This document shows positions 39,698-50,885 of a stretch of 64,000 bases of DNA, one piece after another (position 1 is the first letter of the stretch; each line of letters begins with the position of its first letter). The position numbers and the translations under genes are program-made. The stretch comes from Vescimonas coprocola (GTDB lineage: Bacteria; Bacillota_I; Bacilli_A; RF39; UBA660): NCBI GenBank assembly GCA_963660615.1, contig CAVKYE010000004.1, forward strand, positions 11,465 to 75,464, written 5' to 3'. The notes under the pieces were generated by a model. It saw nothing but the letters and a program-made list of their open reading frames with translations, made no database searches and was not told the origin of the DNA.

Positions 39698-40416
39698 TGG
39701 AAGTAATAAACGACCTGTTAGGCTACAAAAAACTCAAAATCTATCAAAATACTGAAATGTTTAACTTCTCATTAGACTCAGTCCTCTTGCCAAACTTCAT
39801 AACACTAGGCCCAAACACAAACAAAATAATAGATATAGGAACAGGAAACGCACCAATACCCATAATCCTTTCAACCAAAACAACCGCCAAGATAATAGGC
39901 GTTGAAATTCAAAAAGAATCAGCCCTCCTCGCCCAAAAATCAATAAAATTAAATCATCTAGAAAAACAAATAACCATAATAAATAAAGACATCAAAGAAT
40001 ATCAAAAAGAAATAGAAATAAATTCAGTAGACATAATAACCTGTAACCCACCATTTTTTAAAGTAACAGAAACCTCAAACCTAAATAAAAATGATTACAA
40101 AACACTAGCCAGACACGAAATAACCTTAAATCTAGATGACATATGCCAAATATCAAAAAAATTACTAAAAACAAATGGAACGCTCGCCCTAGTTCATAGA
40201 CCAGAGCGTCTTCCAGACATCTTTGAAGCCATGAGAAAACATAATATAGAACCAAAAAAAATAAGACTAGTTTATCCAAAGAAAAATAAAGAAGCCAACA
40301 TAGTTCTAATAGAAGGAAGATTAAACGGAAAACCAGGTCTAAAAATAAATCCACCACTATATAGCCACATCGAAAATGGCGATTATAGTGAAGAAATAAA
40401 AAAATACTTTGAATAG
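39697..40416 (+). CDS. SAM-dependent N6-adenine methyltransferase (YabB/TrmN6-like)
   Basis: 239 aa; IDIGTGNA and CNPPFF motifs. Confidence 0.85.
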   Translation: MEVINDLLGYKKLKIYQNTEMFNFSLDSVLLPNFITLGPNTNKIIDIGTGNAPIPIILSTKTTAKIIGVEIQKESALLAQKSIKLNHLEKQITIINKDIKEYQKEIEINSVDIITCNPPFFKVTETSNLNKNDYKTLARHEITLNLDDICQISKKLLKTNGTLALVHRPERLPDIFEAMRKHNIEPKKIRLVYPKKNKEANIVLIEGRLNGKPGLKINPPLYSHIENGDYSEEIKKYFE

Positions 40417-40425
40417 GTGATACAA

Positions 40426-41265
40426 ATGAAACAAAAAAGTTATGACAATACCCCAACAGTCTACCTAGTACCAACTCCAATAGGTAACCTAGAAGACATA
40501 ACCCTAAGAGCAATAAACACCCTAAAAGAAGTAGACATAATATTTTCCGAAGACACAAGAGTGACCAAAGAATTACTAAATCACTTAGACATTCATAAAA
40601 AACTAATATCAAGTCATCTATACAATGAAAGTAAAAACGAAGAAACCGAAATAAACTACCTAAAAGAGGGAAAAAACATCGCCATAGTTAGTGATAGAGG
40701 GACCCCAGTAATAAGCGATCCAGGAAATATATTAGTAAAAAAAGCCATAGAAAAAGGCTATAACGTCGTATGCTTGCCAGGACCAACCGCCATAATCCCA
40801 GCCATAGTAATGTCAGGCCTATCCGAAGGACCTTTTACCTTTTATGGATTTCTAAACAGCAAAGAAACCAAAAGAAAACAAGAACTAGAATCCCTAAAAA
40901 ATCATAAATTTACCCTTATATTTTATGAAGCCCCACATCGAATCCAAAAAACATTACTAAATATAAAAGAAATATTAGGAAATAGAAAAGCCGCCCTAAT
41001 AAGAGAAATCAGCAAAAAATATGAAGAAGCCATAAGAGGTGACATAGATTACCTAATACAAGAAACCGAAACCATCAAAGGAGAAATAGTAATAGTTGTA
41101 GAAGGAAACAAAGAACAAATATCATTTGAAAACCTAACCATAACAAAACACGTAAATCTATATATAGAAGATGGTCTAACCCCAAACGAAGCCATAAAAA
41201 AAGTTGCCAAAGAACGAAACGTTCCAAAAAGCGAAATATATAATGAATACCACAATATAAAATAA
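40426..41265 (+). CDS. rsmI: 16S rRNA (cytidine1402-2'-O)-methyltransferase
   Basis: Trimmed to ATG at 40426 (AGGTGA upstream); LYLVPTPIGNLEDIT, FYEAPHR. Confidence 0.93.
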   Translation: MKQKSYDNTPTVYLVPTPIGNLEDITLRAINTLKEVDIIFSEDTRVTKELLNHLDIHKKLISSHLYNESKNEETEINYLKEGKNIAIVSDRGTPVISDPGNILVKKAIEKGYNVVCLPGPTAIIPAIVMSGLSEGPFTFYGFLNSKETKRKQELESLKNHKFTLIFYEAPHRIQKTLLNIKEILGNRKAALIREISKKYEEAIRGDIDYLIQETETIKGEIVIVVEGNKEQISFENLTITKHVNLYIEDGLTPNEAIKKVAKERNVPKSEIYNEYHNIK

Positions 41266-41376
41266 CTCCATTTTTAGGCTAATAACTTTAATGTCTCAAT
41301 CTAAAACAAAGAACACAAAGCTTTGTTTTAATTTTAATCAAAATATAGTATAATATACAAAGAAGGGCGTGATAAA

Positions 41377-41940
41377 ATGAAATTAATAGTAGGATTAGGT
41401 AACCCAGGAAAAGAATACGAAAATACAAGACATAACGCCGGCTTTAGATTTATAGATACCTTCGCCAAAGAAATGAATTTAACATTCACCAAAGAAAAAT
41501 TTGGTGGAATATACACAGACTTCATATACAATAATGAAAAAATAATCCTTCTAAAACCCCAAAAATACATAAACCTTTCAGGAGAAGTAATAATAGAATA
41601 TCTAAATTATTTTAAAATAGACAAACAAGATCTATTAATAATATGTGATGACCTAGATACCGAAAGCGGAAAACTAAAACTAAAATATAAAGGCACATCA
41701 GGAGGGCATAATGGCCTAAAAAATATCGAAAACCATTTAAAAACCAAAGAATACAAAAGAGTAAAAATAGGCATATCAAATGACAAAACCAAAGATAAAA
41801 TAAATTACGTCATAGGAGATATTTCAAAAGAAGAACTAAACAAAATAAACGAAGTAAACAAATACGCCAAAGACTTAATCATCGACTACCTAACCCAAAA
41901 TTTTGATAACGTCATGAATAAGTACAATAAGAAAGTGTGA
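41377..41940 (+). CDS. pth: peptidyl-tRNA hydrolase
   Basis: 187 aa; GLGNPGKEYENTRHNAGF. Confidence 0.96.
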   Translation: MKLIVGLGNPGKEYENTRHNAGFRFIDTFAKEMNLTFTKEKFGGIYTDFIYNNEKIILLKPQKYINLSGEVIIEYLNYFKIDKQDLLIICDDLDTESGKLKLKYKGTSGGHNGLKNIENHLKTKEYKRVKIGISNDKTKDKINYVIGDISKEELNKINEVNKYAKDLIIDYLTQNFDNVMNKYNKKV

Positions 41941-41944
41941 TAAC

Positions 41945-44900
41945 ATGAGTTTTTTAGAAAACATAATCCCCATAAATAAAGAAAACCAAATAATAGGATT
42001 AACAAATGAATTAAAAGCCCTATACATTTATAATAAATACAAAAAAACAAAAAAATCAATAATCTTCGTAACCTCAAACCTAAACGAAGCAGGAAAAATA
42101 TATAATTCCTTAACAAACTATACAAAAAATGTATGGTTTTTTCCCATGGATGACTTCCTAACAAGCGAAGCCATAGCCATCTCCCCAGAATTTAAAATAA
42201 GCCGCCTAGAAACAATAAATAGTATATTAAAAATAAAAGAGGGAATCATCATAACCAGCCTAATGGGCTACCTAAGATACTTACCAAATAAAGAAATATT
42301 CAAACAAAGCTATATAACAATAAAAAAATCACAAACAATCCCCCTAGAAAAACTAGTTGAAAAACTATATTACCTAGGATATAAAAAACAAACAACCGTA
42401 AATATGACTGGAGAAATCGCCGTAAGAGGATTCGTCCTAGACATATTTCCCATAAACAAAGAAAACCCAATAAGGCTAGAATATTGGGGAGAAGAAATAG
42501 ACACCATCAAAACCTTCGACGTCAATACCCAAAGAACCAAAGAAGAACAAGAAGAAATAACAATATACCCAAACACCGAACTACTAATAAATAAAGATAA
42601 TTTCAACATTCCCTATAGAGACATAACAAAATACATAGAAACATCAAGCATCAAAGACTACCTAAATAACCCAATAACAATATACGATAACTACCACACC
42701 CTAACCATAAACAACCAAAGGCTAGAAGAAGAAATATTCAGCTACAACACAAGTATGCAAAGAAAAGCCGCCACAAAATATATGTATAGTTTTGAAGAAC
42801 TAGAAGATAAAAACGCCATAATCTTCGAAACATTTGATAATATTTCAAAACAAAATAAAAACATTTTAAACATAAATGCCAAAGAAATAGAACTATTTCC
42901 TATAGCAAAAGAACAAATAAAAGAAAAACTAAACATCTATCTAAAAACAAATAAAAAAATAATAATTTGCCTAGAAAACAGGTATCAAATAAATAAATTA
43001 GAAGAAGACCTAGAACCTCTTCCACTAGTATATACAAACGAAAACGAAATATATAATGGAAAAATAAACCTCATTATAAAAAAACTAAATAGCGGATTCG
43101 AAACCGAAAACTACATCATAATCACCCAAAAAGAACTATTTAACCAAAAAGAAGAAAATAATTACAAAACAAAATTCAAATATGGAAGCCGCATAAAAGA
43201 CATAACAAAACTAAGTCTAGGAGACTACGTCGTTCACGGCGCCCATGGAATAGGAAGATATCAAGGAATAAAATCAATAATAAAAAACGGCATAAAAAAA
43301 GACTACATATCAGTAGAATATCAAGGTGGAGACAAACTCTACATCCCCGTAGAAAAAATCGACCTAATAACAAAATATACAGGAAAAGAAGGAGCCGTTC
43401 CCAAACTAAACAAACTAGGAAGTACCCAGTGGCAAAAAACCAAAGCAAGAGCAAAAAAAAGAGCCGAAGACATGGCCACAGACTTACTAGAACTATACGC
43501 CCAAAGAGAATCCAAAAAAGGCTTTGCCTTCCAAAAAGACGGCGAAGAACAAAAAATATTTGAAGAAGAATTTGAACACGAAGAAACAAATGATCAACTA
43601 AAAACAACAAGTGAAATAAAAGAAGACATGCAATCAGACAAACCAATGGATAGATTATTATGCGGTGATGTAGGTTACGGAAAAACCGAAGTAGCCTTCA
43701 GAGCCATATTCAAATGCATAATGTCAGGAAAACAAGCAGCCATTCTATGTCCTACCACCATCCTATCATCCCAGCACTACAAAAATGCCATAAATAGATT
43801 CAAAACCTTCCCAGTAGATATCGCTCTATTAAATAGATTTGTAACAAAAAAAGAAACCCAAAAAACCCTAGAAGAACTGAAACAAGGAAAAATCGACCTA
43901 CTAATAGGTACCCATAGAATACTAAGTGATGATGTAATATTTAAAGACCTAGGCTTACTCGTAATAGACGAAGAACAAAGATTTGGTGTCAAACACAAAG
44001 AAAAAATAAAAAAATATAAAAACAACATAGACGTATTAACCCTATCAGCCACCCCAATACCAAGAACATTACAAATGTCAATGGCCGGAATAAGAAGCCT
44101 GTCACTAATAGAAACCCCACCCGCCCAAAGATATCCAATTCAAACCTACGTTCTTGCCGAAAATAACCAAATAATAAAAGAAGCCATCCACAAAGAAATG
44201 GGAAGAGGCGGACAAACCTTCATCCTCTTCAATAGAATCGAAAACATCGAAAGTAAAAAAGCCCAAATACAAACACTCATACCAGATGCCAAAATCGCCA
44301 TCGCCCACGGCAGAATGGATAAAAATACCCTCGAAAAAGTCATGCTAGACTTTAGCCAAGGAAAATTCGACATTCTCCTATGTACCACCATAATCGAAAC
44401 AGGAATAGATATACCATCCGCAAACACCCTAATAATAATAGATGCCGATAGATTTGGACTATCACAACTATATCAAATAAGAGGTAGAATAGGAAGAAGT
44501 AACAAAATAGCCTACTGCTACCTAATGTATAACAATCAAAAAATCTTATCAGAAATCGCCATAAAAAGACTAAACGTCATCAAAGAATTCACAGAATTAG
44601 GAAGCGGTTTCTCAATCGCCATGAGAGACCTATCAATAAGAGGTGCAGGAGACCTATTAGGAGGAGAACAATCAGGCTTCATCGACAGCATAGGAATAGA
44701 ACTATTCCTAGAAATGCTAAACGAAGAAGTCCAAAAACTACAAGGAAAAGAAATCAAAAAAGAAGAAGAAAACCAAACAAACCCACTAATAGACATCAAA
44801 ACCTCAATAGAAGATAATTACGTAAGTGATGAAGACTTAAAAATAGAAATACACAAAAAAATAAACACCATCGACTCAAAAGAAAAACTAGAAGAAGTCA

Positions 44901-45232
44901 AAGCAGAACTAGAAGATAGATTTGGAAAAATAGACAAAGACATGGAAATATACATGTATGAAGAATGGTTTGAAAAACTAGCCCAAAACCTAAATATAAC
45001 CAAAGTAAAACAAACCAAAAACTTCATAAACATCGAAATCCCCAAAACAACCCTAAAAGACGTCGACGGTGAAAACCTCTTCTACGAAATATCAAAACAA
45101 GGAAGAATGTTTAGATTCTCATCCAAAGAAAACAACCTAGTAATAACCCTAGACACCATAAAATTAGAAAAACACTTCATCTACTATCTAATTGACCTAA
45201 TGAAAATAATAAATAAAAACATAAAAAAATAA
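41945..45232 (+). CDS. mfd: transcription-repair coupling factor
   Basis: 1095 aa; GDVGYGKTEVA, DEEQRFGV, SATPIPRTL. Confidence 0.97.
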   Translation: MSFLENIIPINKENQIIGLTNELKALYIYNKYKKTKKSIIFVTSNLNEAGKIYNSLTNYTKNVWFFPMDDFLTSEAIAISPEFKISRLETINSILKIKEGIIITSLMGYLRYLPNKEIFKQSYITIKKSQTIPLEKLVEKLYYLGYKKQTTVNMTGEIAVRGFVLDIFPINKENPIRLEYWGEEIDTIKTFDVNTQRTKEEQEEITIYPNTELLINKDNFNIPYRDITKYIETSSIKDYLNNPITIYDNYHTLTINNQRLEEEIFSYNTSMQRKAATKYMYSFEELEDKNAIIFETFDNISKQNKNILNINAKEIELFPIAKEQIKEKLNIYLKTNKKIIICLENRYQINKLEEDLEPLPLVYTNENEIYNGKINLIIKKLNSGFETENYIIITQKELFNQKEENNYKTKFKYGSRIKDITKLSLGDYVVHGAHGIGRYQGIKSIIKNGIKKDYISVEYQGGDKLYIPVEKIDLITKYTGKEGAVPKLNKLGSTQWQKTKARAKKRAEDMATDLLELYAQRESKKGFAFQKDGEEQKIFEEEFEHEETNDQLKTTSEIKEDMQSDKPMDRLLCGDVGYGKTEVAFRAIFKCIMSGKQAAILCPTTILSSQHYKNAINRFKTFPVDIALLNRFVTKKETQKTLEELKQGKIDLLIGTHRILSDDVIFKDLGLLVIDEEQRFGVKHKEKIKKYKNNIDVLTLSATPIPRTLQMSMAGIRSLSLIETPPAQRYPIQTYVLAENNQIIKEAIHKEMGRGGQTFILFNRIENIESKKAQIQTLIPDAKIAIAHGRMDKNTLEKVMLDFSQGKFDILLCTTIIETGIDIPSANTLIIIDADRFGLSQLYQIRGRIGRSNKIAYCYLMYNNQKILSEIAIKRLNVIKEFTELGSGFSIAMRDLSIRGAGDLLGGEQSGFIDSIGIELFLEMLNEEVQKLQGKEIKKEEENQTNPLIDIKTSIEDNYVSDEDLKIEIHKKINTIDSKEKLEEVKAELEDRFGKIDKDMEIYMYEEWFEKLAQNLNITKVKQTKNFINIEIPKTTLKDVDGENLFYEISKQGRMFRFSSKENNLVITLDTIKLEKHFIYYLIDLMKIINKNIKK

Positions 45233-45260
45233 AGTAAAACCAATTACTTTGTCAACAATC

Positions 45261-45292
45261 AAAAATACTTACCAAAAAGTAAGTATTTTTTC
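45261..45292 (+). terminator. rho-independent terminator of mfd
   Basis: aaaaatacttac / gtaagtattttt perfect 12-bp stem, loop caaaaa, T-run. Confidence 0.75.
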
Positions 45293-45372
45293 TAATTCAA
45301 AACCATTAAATTTGTAGTTTTACAGGACATTCATCAAAAATTATAGTATAATAGATAAAAGAGGTGAAAGTA

Positions 45373-46350
45373 ATGGACTATTTGTTCGAGAAACTAACAC
45401 AAAATATAAAATCACATTCAAATATTGTTTTAATGACCCATAAACATCCAGATTTAGATGGAATGGGAAGCGCAATCGCTTTATCAAAAATAATCAAATC
45501 AATGAAAAAAGACTGCTACATAGTCTTTCCAACAGAGCAAGTAAATGTTTCTTTAGAAAAAGGAATCAAAGCCCTAGAAGAAAACAACATAACCATAAAT
45601 TTCCGCAAATATGAAGAAATATTAGAATTGATAGACGATAATACACTACTTATAGTTCTAGACACCCAAGTCCCAGCCATCGTCGAAAAAAAAGAACTAC
45701 TAGATCAAATAAAAGACATATTTGTAATAGACCATCATACCAACAGTTCACACCACATCGATAACACAATATTTGAATACATAAACTCATCAAAATCAAG
45801 CGTCGTTGAAATAATAACAGAATATCTAAAATATCTAAACAAAACCCTAGATCCCATCATCATAACATTATTAAGTGCAGGAATGGAAATAGATACCCAT
45901 TCATACAGTCTAAAAACCACCGAAAATACCTTTAAAATGGCAGGATACCTAACCAGATTAGGTGCAGACCCAGTATTAAAAAAAGAAATATTAAAAGAAT
46001 CAAAAGACGACGCCATAAGAAGACACGACTATATCAAAGAAAGCTATTACCTAAAAGATGGATATTTAATGTGTGACATGGGAAATAAAGACAAAAATGA
46101 CCCAGTAGACCTAGCCATCCTAGCCGATGAACTATTACGTTTTGACGGAGTAGAAGTCTCATTTGCCGTAGGAAAACTAAAAAACGAAAACATCGGTGTA
46201 AGTGCCCGTTCAATGGGGAAAGTGAGCGTAGCAAACATCATGAGTAAAATAGGTGGTGGAGGTCACGTAACCGATGCCGCTGCCCAAATAAAAGATTCAA
46301 CCACAAAAAAAATAATAAATCAAATAAAAAAAGCCATAGAGGAGGAATAA
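45373..46350 (+). CDS. DHH/DHHA1 phosphoesterase (stand-alone; NrnA/GdpP catalytic-domain type)
   Basis: Trimmed to ATG at 45373; HKHPDLDGMGS, DHH (VIDHHT), GGGH motifs. No TM, PAS or GGDEF parts. Confidence 0.85.
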   Translation: MDYLFEKLTQNIKSHSNIVLMTHKHPDLDGMGSAIALSKIIKSMKKDCYIVFPTEQVNVSLEKGIKALEENNITINFRKYEEILELIDDNTLLIVLDTQVPAIVEKKELLDQIKDIFVIDHHTNSSHHIDNTIFEYINSSKSSVVEIITEYLKYLNKTLDPIIITLLSAGMEIDTHSYSLKTTENTFKMAGYLTRLGADPVLKKEILKESKDDAIRRHDYIKESYYLKDGYLMCDMGNKDKNDPVDLAILADELLRFDGVEVSFAVGKLKNENIGVSARSMGKVSVANIMSKIGGGGHVTDAAAQIKDSTTKKIINQIKKAIEEE

Positions 46351-46353
46351 ACC

Positions 46354-46791
46354 ATGAGAGTTATTTTATTAGAAGATGTAAAAAAACAAGGAAAAAAAGG
46401 CGAAATACTAACCGTAAAAGATGGATATGGTAACTACCTAATAACAAATAACTTAGCCGTAATGGAAACCAAAGGCAGTAAAAAAGTTCTAGACAACCAA
46501 AAAAAACAAGCCGAAAAAGAAGCAAAACAAGAACTACAAGAAGCCAAAGAACTAAAAGCCAAAATCGAAAAAATAACCCTAGAATTTACCGTAAACACCG
46601 GAAAAGAAGGACAAGTATTCGGTAGCATAAGCACAAAACAAATCGCAAGCGAACTAAAAACAAAAAACATAAACATAGATAAAAGAAAAATAAAAATAGA
46701 AACTCCAATTAATACATTAGGGATGACAGAAGTAGAAATAGAATTACACAAAGAAGTAATTGCCAAACTAAAAGTTCATCTAAAAAAATAA
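46354..46791 (+). CDS. rplI: 50S ribosomal protein L9
   Basis: 145 aa; MRVILLEDVKKQGKKGEI. Confidence 0.97.
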   Translation: MRVILLEDVKKQGKKGEILTVKDGYGNYLITNNLAVMETKGSKKVLDNQKKQAEKEAKQELQEAKELKAKIEKITLEFTVNTGKEGQVFGSISTKQIASELKTKNINIDKRKIKIETPINTLGMTEVEIELHKEVIAKLKVHLKK

Positions 46792-46801
46792 GGTGATAAA
46801 A

Positions 46802-48142
46802 ATGAATGAAAGAATAATGCCACATAACACAGATGCCGAACAAGCCGTTTTAGGCTCAGTATTTCTAAGCAAATATGCCTTAGAAAAAGCCCTAGAAGAA
46901 CTAACAAAAGACCATTTCTACCTAGACGCAAATGGTCAAATCTTCGAAGCAATAAAATATCTAGCCGAAAAAGGAACCCCAATAGACATAACCACCGTAA
47001 CCGCCGAACTAGATAGAAGAAACATTCTAAAAACAGTAGGAGATGTTGAATACCTAACCGAAGTTGTAAACTGCGTACCAACCGCCGCAAACATTGATGA
47101 ATACATAAAAATCGTCCAAGAAAAATTCCTAAGAAGATCCCTAATAGAAACCGCCACCACCATCGCCACAGATGGCTTTTCATCAACAGATACCATAGGA
47201 GACATCCTAGACACCGCCGAAAAAAGAATGCTAGACGTCATCAAAAATCGTCGTGGTAGCGAATTTAGAACCATACAAGACGTATTATTCAAAGCCCAAT
47301 CAGATCTAGAAGAACTATCAAAACAAAAAGGTGAAATCACAGGAATCCCAACCGGTTACTACGATTTAGATAGATTAACCAAAGGCTTCCATGAAAACGA
47401 ACTAATCATCATCGCTGCTCGTCCAGCTATGGGAAAAACCGCCTTCGCACTAAACATGGCCACAAACATGGCCGTAAACTTTAAAAAAAGCGTCGCTCTA
47501 TTCAACATGGAAATGGGAGCCGAACAACTAGTAAATAGAATGCTCGCCTCAGTCGGACAAATAGAAATGCCAAAATTACTAACTGGTAGACTAGAACACC
47601 AAGACTGGAAAAGAGTAAACGAAGCCATCAGCCGCCTAGCTGACACCAAAATGTTTATTGATGACACCCCTGGAATGACCGTAAGTGAAATAAGAGCAAA
47701 ATGCCGTAGACTCTCAAACTCCAAAGATGGACTAGACGTAGTAATAATCGACTATCTGCAATTAATAAGCGGTTCCGCAAAATATGCCGGACAGCGTCAG
47801 CAAGAAGTTTCAGAAATATCACGTTCCCTAAAAACAATGGCCATGGAACTAAACATCCCAGTAATTGCTCTTGCCCAATTATCACGTAGTGTCGAAGGAA
47901 GAGAAGACAAAAGACCACTACTATCAGACCTAAGAGAATCAGGCTCAATCGAACAAGACGCCGACATCGTCGCCTTCCTATATCGTGACGATTACTACAA
48001 TAAAGAAAGTGCCATTGACGAAAACACAAGTAAATCAGAATTCATAATGAGTAAACACCGTAATGGACCAACCGCCACCGTAAACTTCATATTCAAACGA
48101 GACACAAGCTCATTCTTTAATATGGAAAAAGAACAAGAATAA
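46802..48142 (+). CDS. dnaB: replicative DNA helicase (DnaB family; DnaC of B. subtilis)
   Basis: Trimmed to ATG at 46802; ARPAMGKTAFALN Walker A, IDYLQL, RNGPT. Confidence 0.97.
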   Translation: MNERIMPHNTDAEQAVLGSVFLSKYALEKALEELTKDHFYLDANGQIFEAIKYLAEKGTPIDITTVTAELDRRNILKTVGDVEYLTEVVNCVPTAANIDEYIKIVQEKFLRRSLIETATTIATDGFSSTDTIGDILDTAEKRMLDVIKNRRGSEFRTIQDVLFKAQSDLEELSKQKGEITGIPTGYYDLDRLTKGFHENELIIIAARPAMGKTAFALNMATNMAVNFKKSVALFNMEMGAEQLVNRMLASVGQIEMPKLLTGRLEHQDWKRVNEAISRLADTKMFIDDTPGMTVSEIRAKCRRLSNSKDGLDVVIIDYLQLISGSAKYAGQRQQEVSEISRSLKTMAMELNIPVIALAQLSRSVEGREDKRPLLSDLRESGSIEQDADIVAFLYRDDYYNKESAIDENTSKSEFIMSKHRNGPTATVNFIFKRDTSSFFNMEKEQE

Positions 48143-48153
48143 AGGTGATAAAA

Positions 48154-49632
48154 TTGAAAAAAGTATCAGTATGGATAATAATAGCCCTAATCCTAACAAG
48201 CGTATGCATGCTAGGATTTGGTTATCAAAAAAGCGCTTTACCAAATTATTATTATGAAGTATATTTAAATAATAAATCATTAGGTGTCATAACCGATGAA
48301 AACAAACTACTAAACTACATCGATAAAAACGGAAAATACTACAAAAACAAATACAAAGTATCAAAAATATATGCCCCAAATGGTCTTCAAATAAAAAAAC
48401 TAACAACCTATAGTGGGAACACAACCTCAGTAAAAGACATATACAAACAAATCAAAAAACAATCATCATTCACCGTAAAAGGATATGTAATGACCATTAA
48501 AAAGAAAGATAGTGAAGACGAAAATAAAATAAATACCACCAAAATAAACGTCCTAAAAACAAAAACATTTAAAGAAGCAGTAAACAACCTAATAAACACC
48601 TACGTAGGCAAAGATGAATATAAATCATACAAAGATGGCACCCAAACAAAAATAGAAACAACCGGTGAAAACATCGAAAATGTCTACGTAAATGAAGACA
48701 TAACCGTCAAAGAAACAAACATCCCAGTAGATGAAAAAATATACACCGACAGCACAGAACTAAGTAGATTTTTATTGTATGGAAAAGACTCCAAAGAAAG
48801 CATATACACCGTACAATCAGGAGACACCGTAGATTCAGTTGCCTTCAGCAACAAAGTAAGTCCAGAAGAACTACTACTATCAAACGATAACCTAACAAGT
48901 GAAACAAACTTACTTTACCCAGGCCAAGAACTAAAAATCGCCGAAACAAATCCACAAATAAGTATTGTTACAGAATTATACGTCGTTGAAGACACCCCAA
49001 GCAGTTATAAAACCGAAGAAAAATACGACGACTCAGTTCTAGTAGGAGATGACAAAGTAATCAAAGAAGGAGAAAACGGACTAGATAGAGTATCTCAAAA
49101 AGTCAAAAAAATAAATGGAGAAATCGTCTACGTTGATCCACAAGGCAAACAAGTACTAAAATCACCAGTAAACAAAGTAGTCCTTAAAGGAAGCAAATAC
49201 GTCCCAACCGTCGGAAGTTTAACAAACTGGGGATGGCCAACAGATAGTGGTTGGACCCTAAGTAGTGGATACATATATCGTACAAGCCCAATAAACGGTT
49301 CCCGTGAACTTCATACCGGACTAGATATATCAGGAACAGGATATGGTTCAAAAATATATGCCACCAACAACGGAGTAGTCCAAATCGCTGGAACCCATTA
49401 CAGTTATGGTAACTACGTCGTAATAAACCATAATAATGGATACCTAACCCTCTACGCTCACATGTCAAAAATAGCCGTCAAAAAAGGCCAAACAGTCGAA
49501 AAAGGAGAAGTAATAGGATACGTCGGAATGACCGGTTCCGCAACAGGACCACACGTTCACTACGAAGTATGGAAAGGACGTGAATACAATCACGTAAATC
49601 CATCAGTCCTATATCCAAACGGTTATAGATAA
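48154..49632 (+). CDS. LysM/G5-domain M23 family metallopeptidase
   Basis: TTG start after AAAGGTGA (track gives GTG at 48145). LysM (YTVQSGDTVDSVA...YPGQELKI), G5-like (VIKEGENGLDRV), M23 (HTGLDIS...GMTGSATGPHVHYEV). Confidence 0.88.
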   Translation: MKKVSVWIIIALILTSVCMLGFGYQKSALPNYYYEVYLNNKSLGVITDENKLLNYIDKNGKYYKNKYKVSKIYAPNGLQIKKLTTYSGNTTSVKDIYKQIKKQSSFTVKGYVMTIKKKDSEDENKINTTKINVLKTKTFKEAVNNLINTYVGKDEYKSYKDGTQTKIETTGENIENVYVNEDITVKETNIPVDEKIYTDSTELSRFLLYGKDSKESIYTVQSGDTVDSVAFSNKVSPEELLLSNDNLTSETNLLYPGQELKIAETNPQISIVTELYVVEDTPSSYKTEEKYDDSVLVGDDKVIKEGENGLDRVSQKVKKINGEIVYVDPQGKQVLKSPVNKVVLKGSKYVPTVGSLTNWGWPTDSGWTLSSGYIYRTSPINGSRELHTGLDISGTGYGSKIYATNNGVVQIAGTHYSYGNYVVINHNNGYLTLYAHMSKIAVKKGQTVEKGEVIGYVGMTGSATGPHVHYEVWKGREYNHVNPSVLYPNGYR

Positions 49633-50390
49633 TGAAAGTATGCATGTTAGCAAGCGGCAGTAAAGGCAACTGCGCCTACGTAGAAACCAAAACAACCCGC
49701 TCATTAATCGACATAGGAATGAGCTGTGCCTACGTAGAAAAAGCCCTAAAAGACATAAACGTAGATCCAAACACCATCGAGAGAATATTCATAACCCATG
49801 CCCACACCGACCACATAAATGGACTTAGAGTCTTCCTAAAAAAATACAACCCAACCATTTACCTAACCGAAAAAATGGATGAAGAAATAGACCTAATCAT
49901 AGACGATGAAATATACATAACAGAAGACACAAAAATAAAAGACCTACTAGTAAGACCAATAAAAACATCCCATGACGCCGCCGATTCCAACGGTTATGTA
50001 TTAATATCAGAAGGCAAATCACTAATGTATATGACCGACACAGGCTATATAAACATAAGAAACTATAACAAACTAAAAGACCACGACATATACATCCTAG
50101 AAAGCAACCACGACACCACCATGCTAATGAATGGCTCATACCCATATCACTTAAAACAAAGAATACTAGGAGATAAAGGACACTTATCAAACAAAGACTG
50201 TTCCTACTATCTATCACAATTTACCACCAACAAAACCAAACAAGTAATACTAGCCCACCTATCAGAACACAACAATGACCCCGAAATAGCCCTAAAAACC
50301 TATTACGAAACTTATGAAAAAGAAAACAAAAAACCACCAAAAGTAATAGTCGCCACCCAGAAACAGCACACAGAGGTAATAGAAGTATGA
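49632..50390 (+). CDS. MBL-fold metallo-hydrolase (YycJ/WalJ-like)
   Basis: 252 aa; HAHTDHINGL. Confidence 0.85.
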   Translation: MKVCMLASGSKGNCAYVETKTTRSLIDIGMSCAYVEKALKDINVDPNTIERIFITHAHTDHINGLRVFLKKYNPTIYLTEKMDEEIDLIIDDEIYITEDTKIKDLLVRPIKTSHDAADSNGYVLISEGKSLMYMTDTGYINIRNYNKLKDHDIYILESNHDTTMLMNGSYPYHLKQRILGDKGHLSNKDCSYYLSQFTTNKTKQVILAHLSEHNNDPEIALKTYYETYEKENKKPPKVIVATQKQHTEVIEV

Positions 50391-50836
50391 TAAAAATAAT
50401 ATGCGTCGGAAAAATAAAAGAAAAATTCTATAAAGAAGCCATCGAAGAATACCAAAAAAGACTCACAAAATACACAAAATTAGAAATAATTGAAGTAAAA
50501 GACGAATCAAGCACCGAAAAAGCCTTAAAAATAGAAGGCGAAAGAATACTAAGCAAAATAAACCAAACAGATTACATAATCACCTTAGACATAAACGGCA
50601 AACCCCTAACCTCACTAGAACTCGCAAACACCATAGATAAATGGTTAATGCAAAACAGCAACATAGTATTCATAATAGGAGGCTCATACGGACTATCAAC
50701 CGAAGTAAAAAACCGTAGTAACTACTCACTATCATTCTCAAACCTAACCTTTCCACATCAACTATTTAGAGTAATACTACTAGAACAAATATATAGATCA
50801 TTCAAAATAAATTGTAACGAAAGTTACCACAAATGA
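50387..50836 (+). CDS. rlmH: 23S rRNA (pseudouridine1915-N3)-methyltransferase
   Basis: 149 aa; FIIGGSYGLS; ATGA overlap with upstream gene. Confidence 0.93.
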   Translation: MIKIICVGKIKEKFYKEAIEEYQKRLTKYTKLEIIEVKDESSTEKALKIEGERILSKINQTDYIITLDINGKPLTSLELANTIDKWLMQNSNIVFIIGGSYGLSTEVKNRSNYSLSFSNLTFPHQLFRVILLEQIYRSFKINCNESYHK

Positions 50837-50885
50837 ATAAAAAAAAACAAATCCGCTCATCATTAAATAGAAGGGTGGATTTTTA

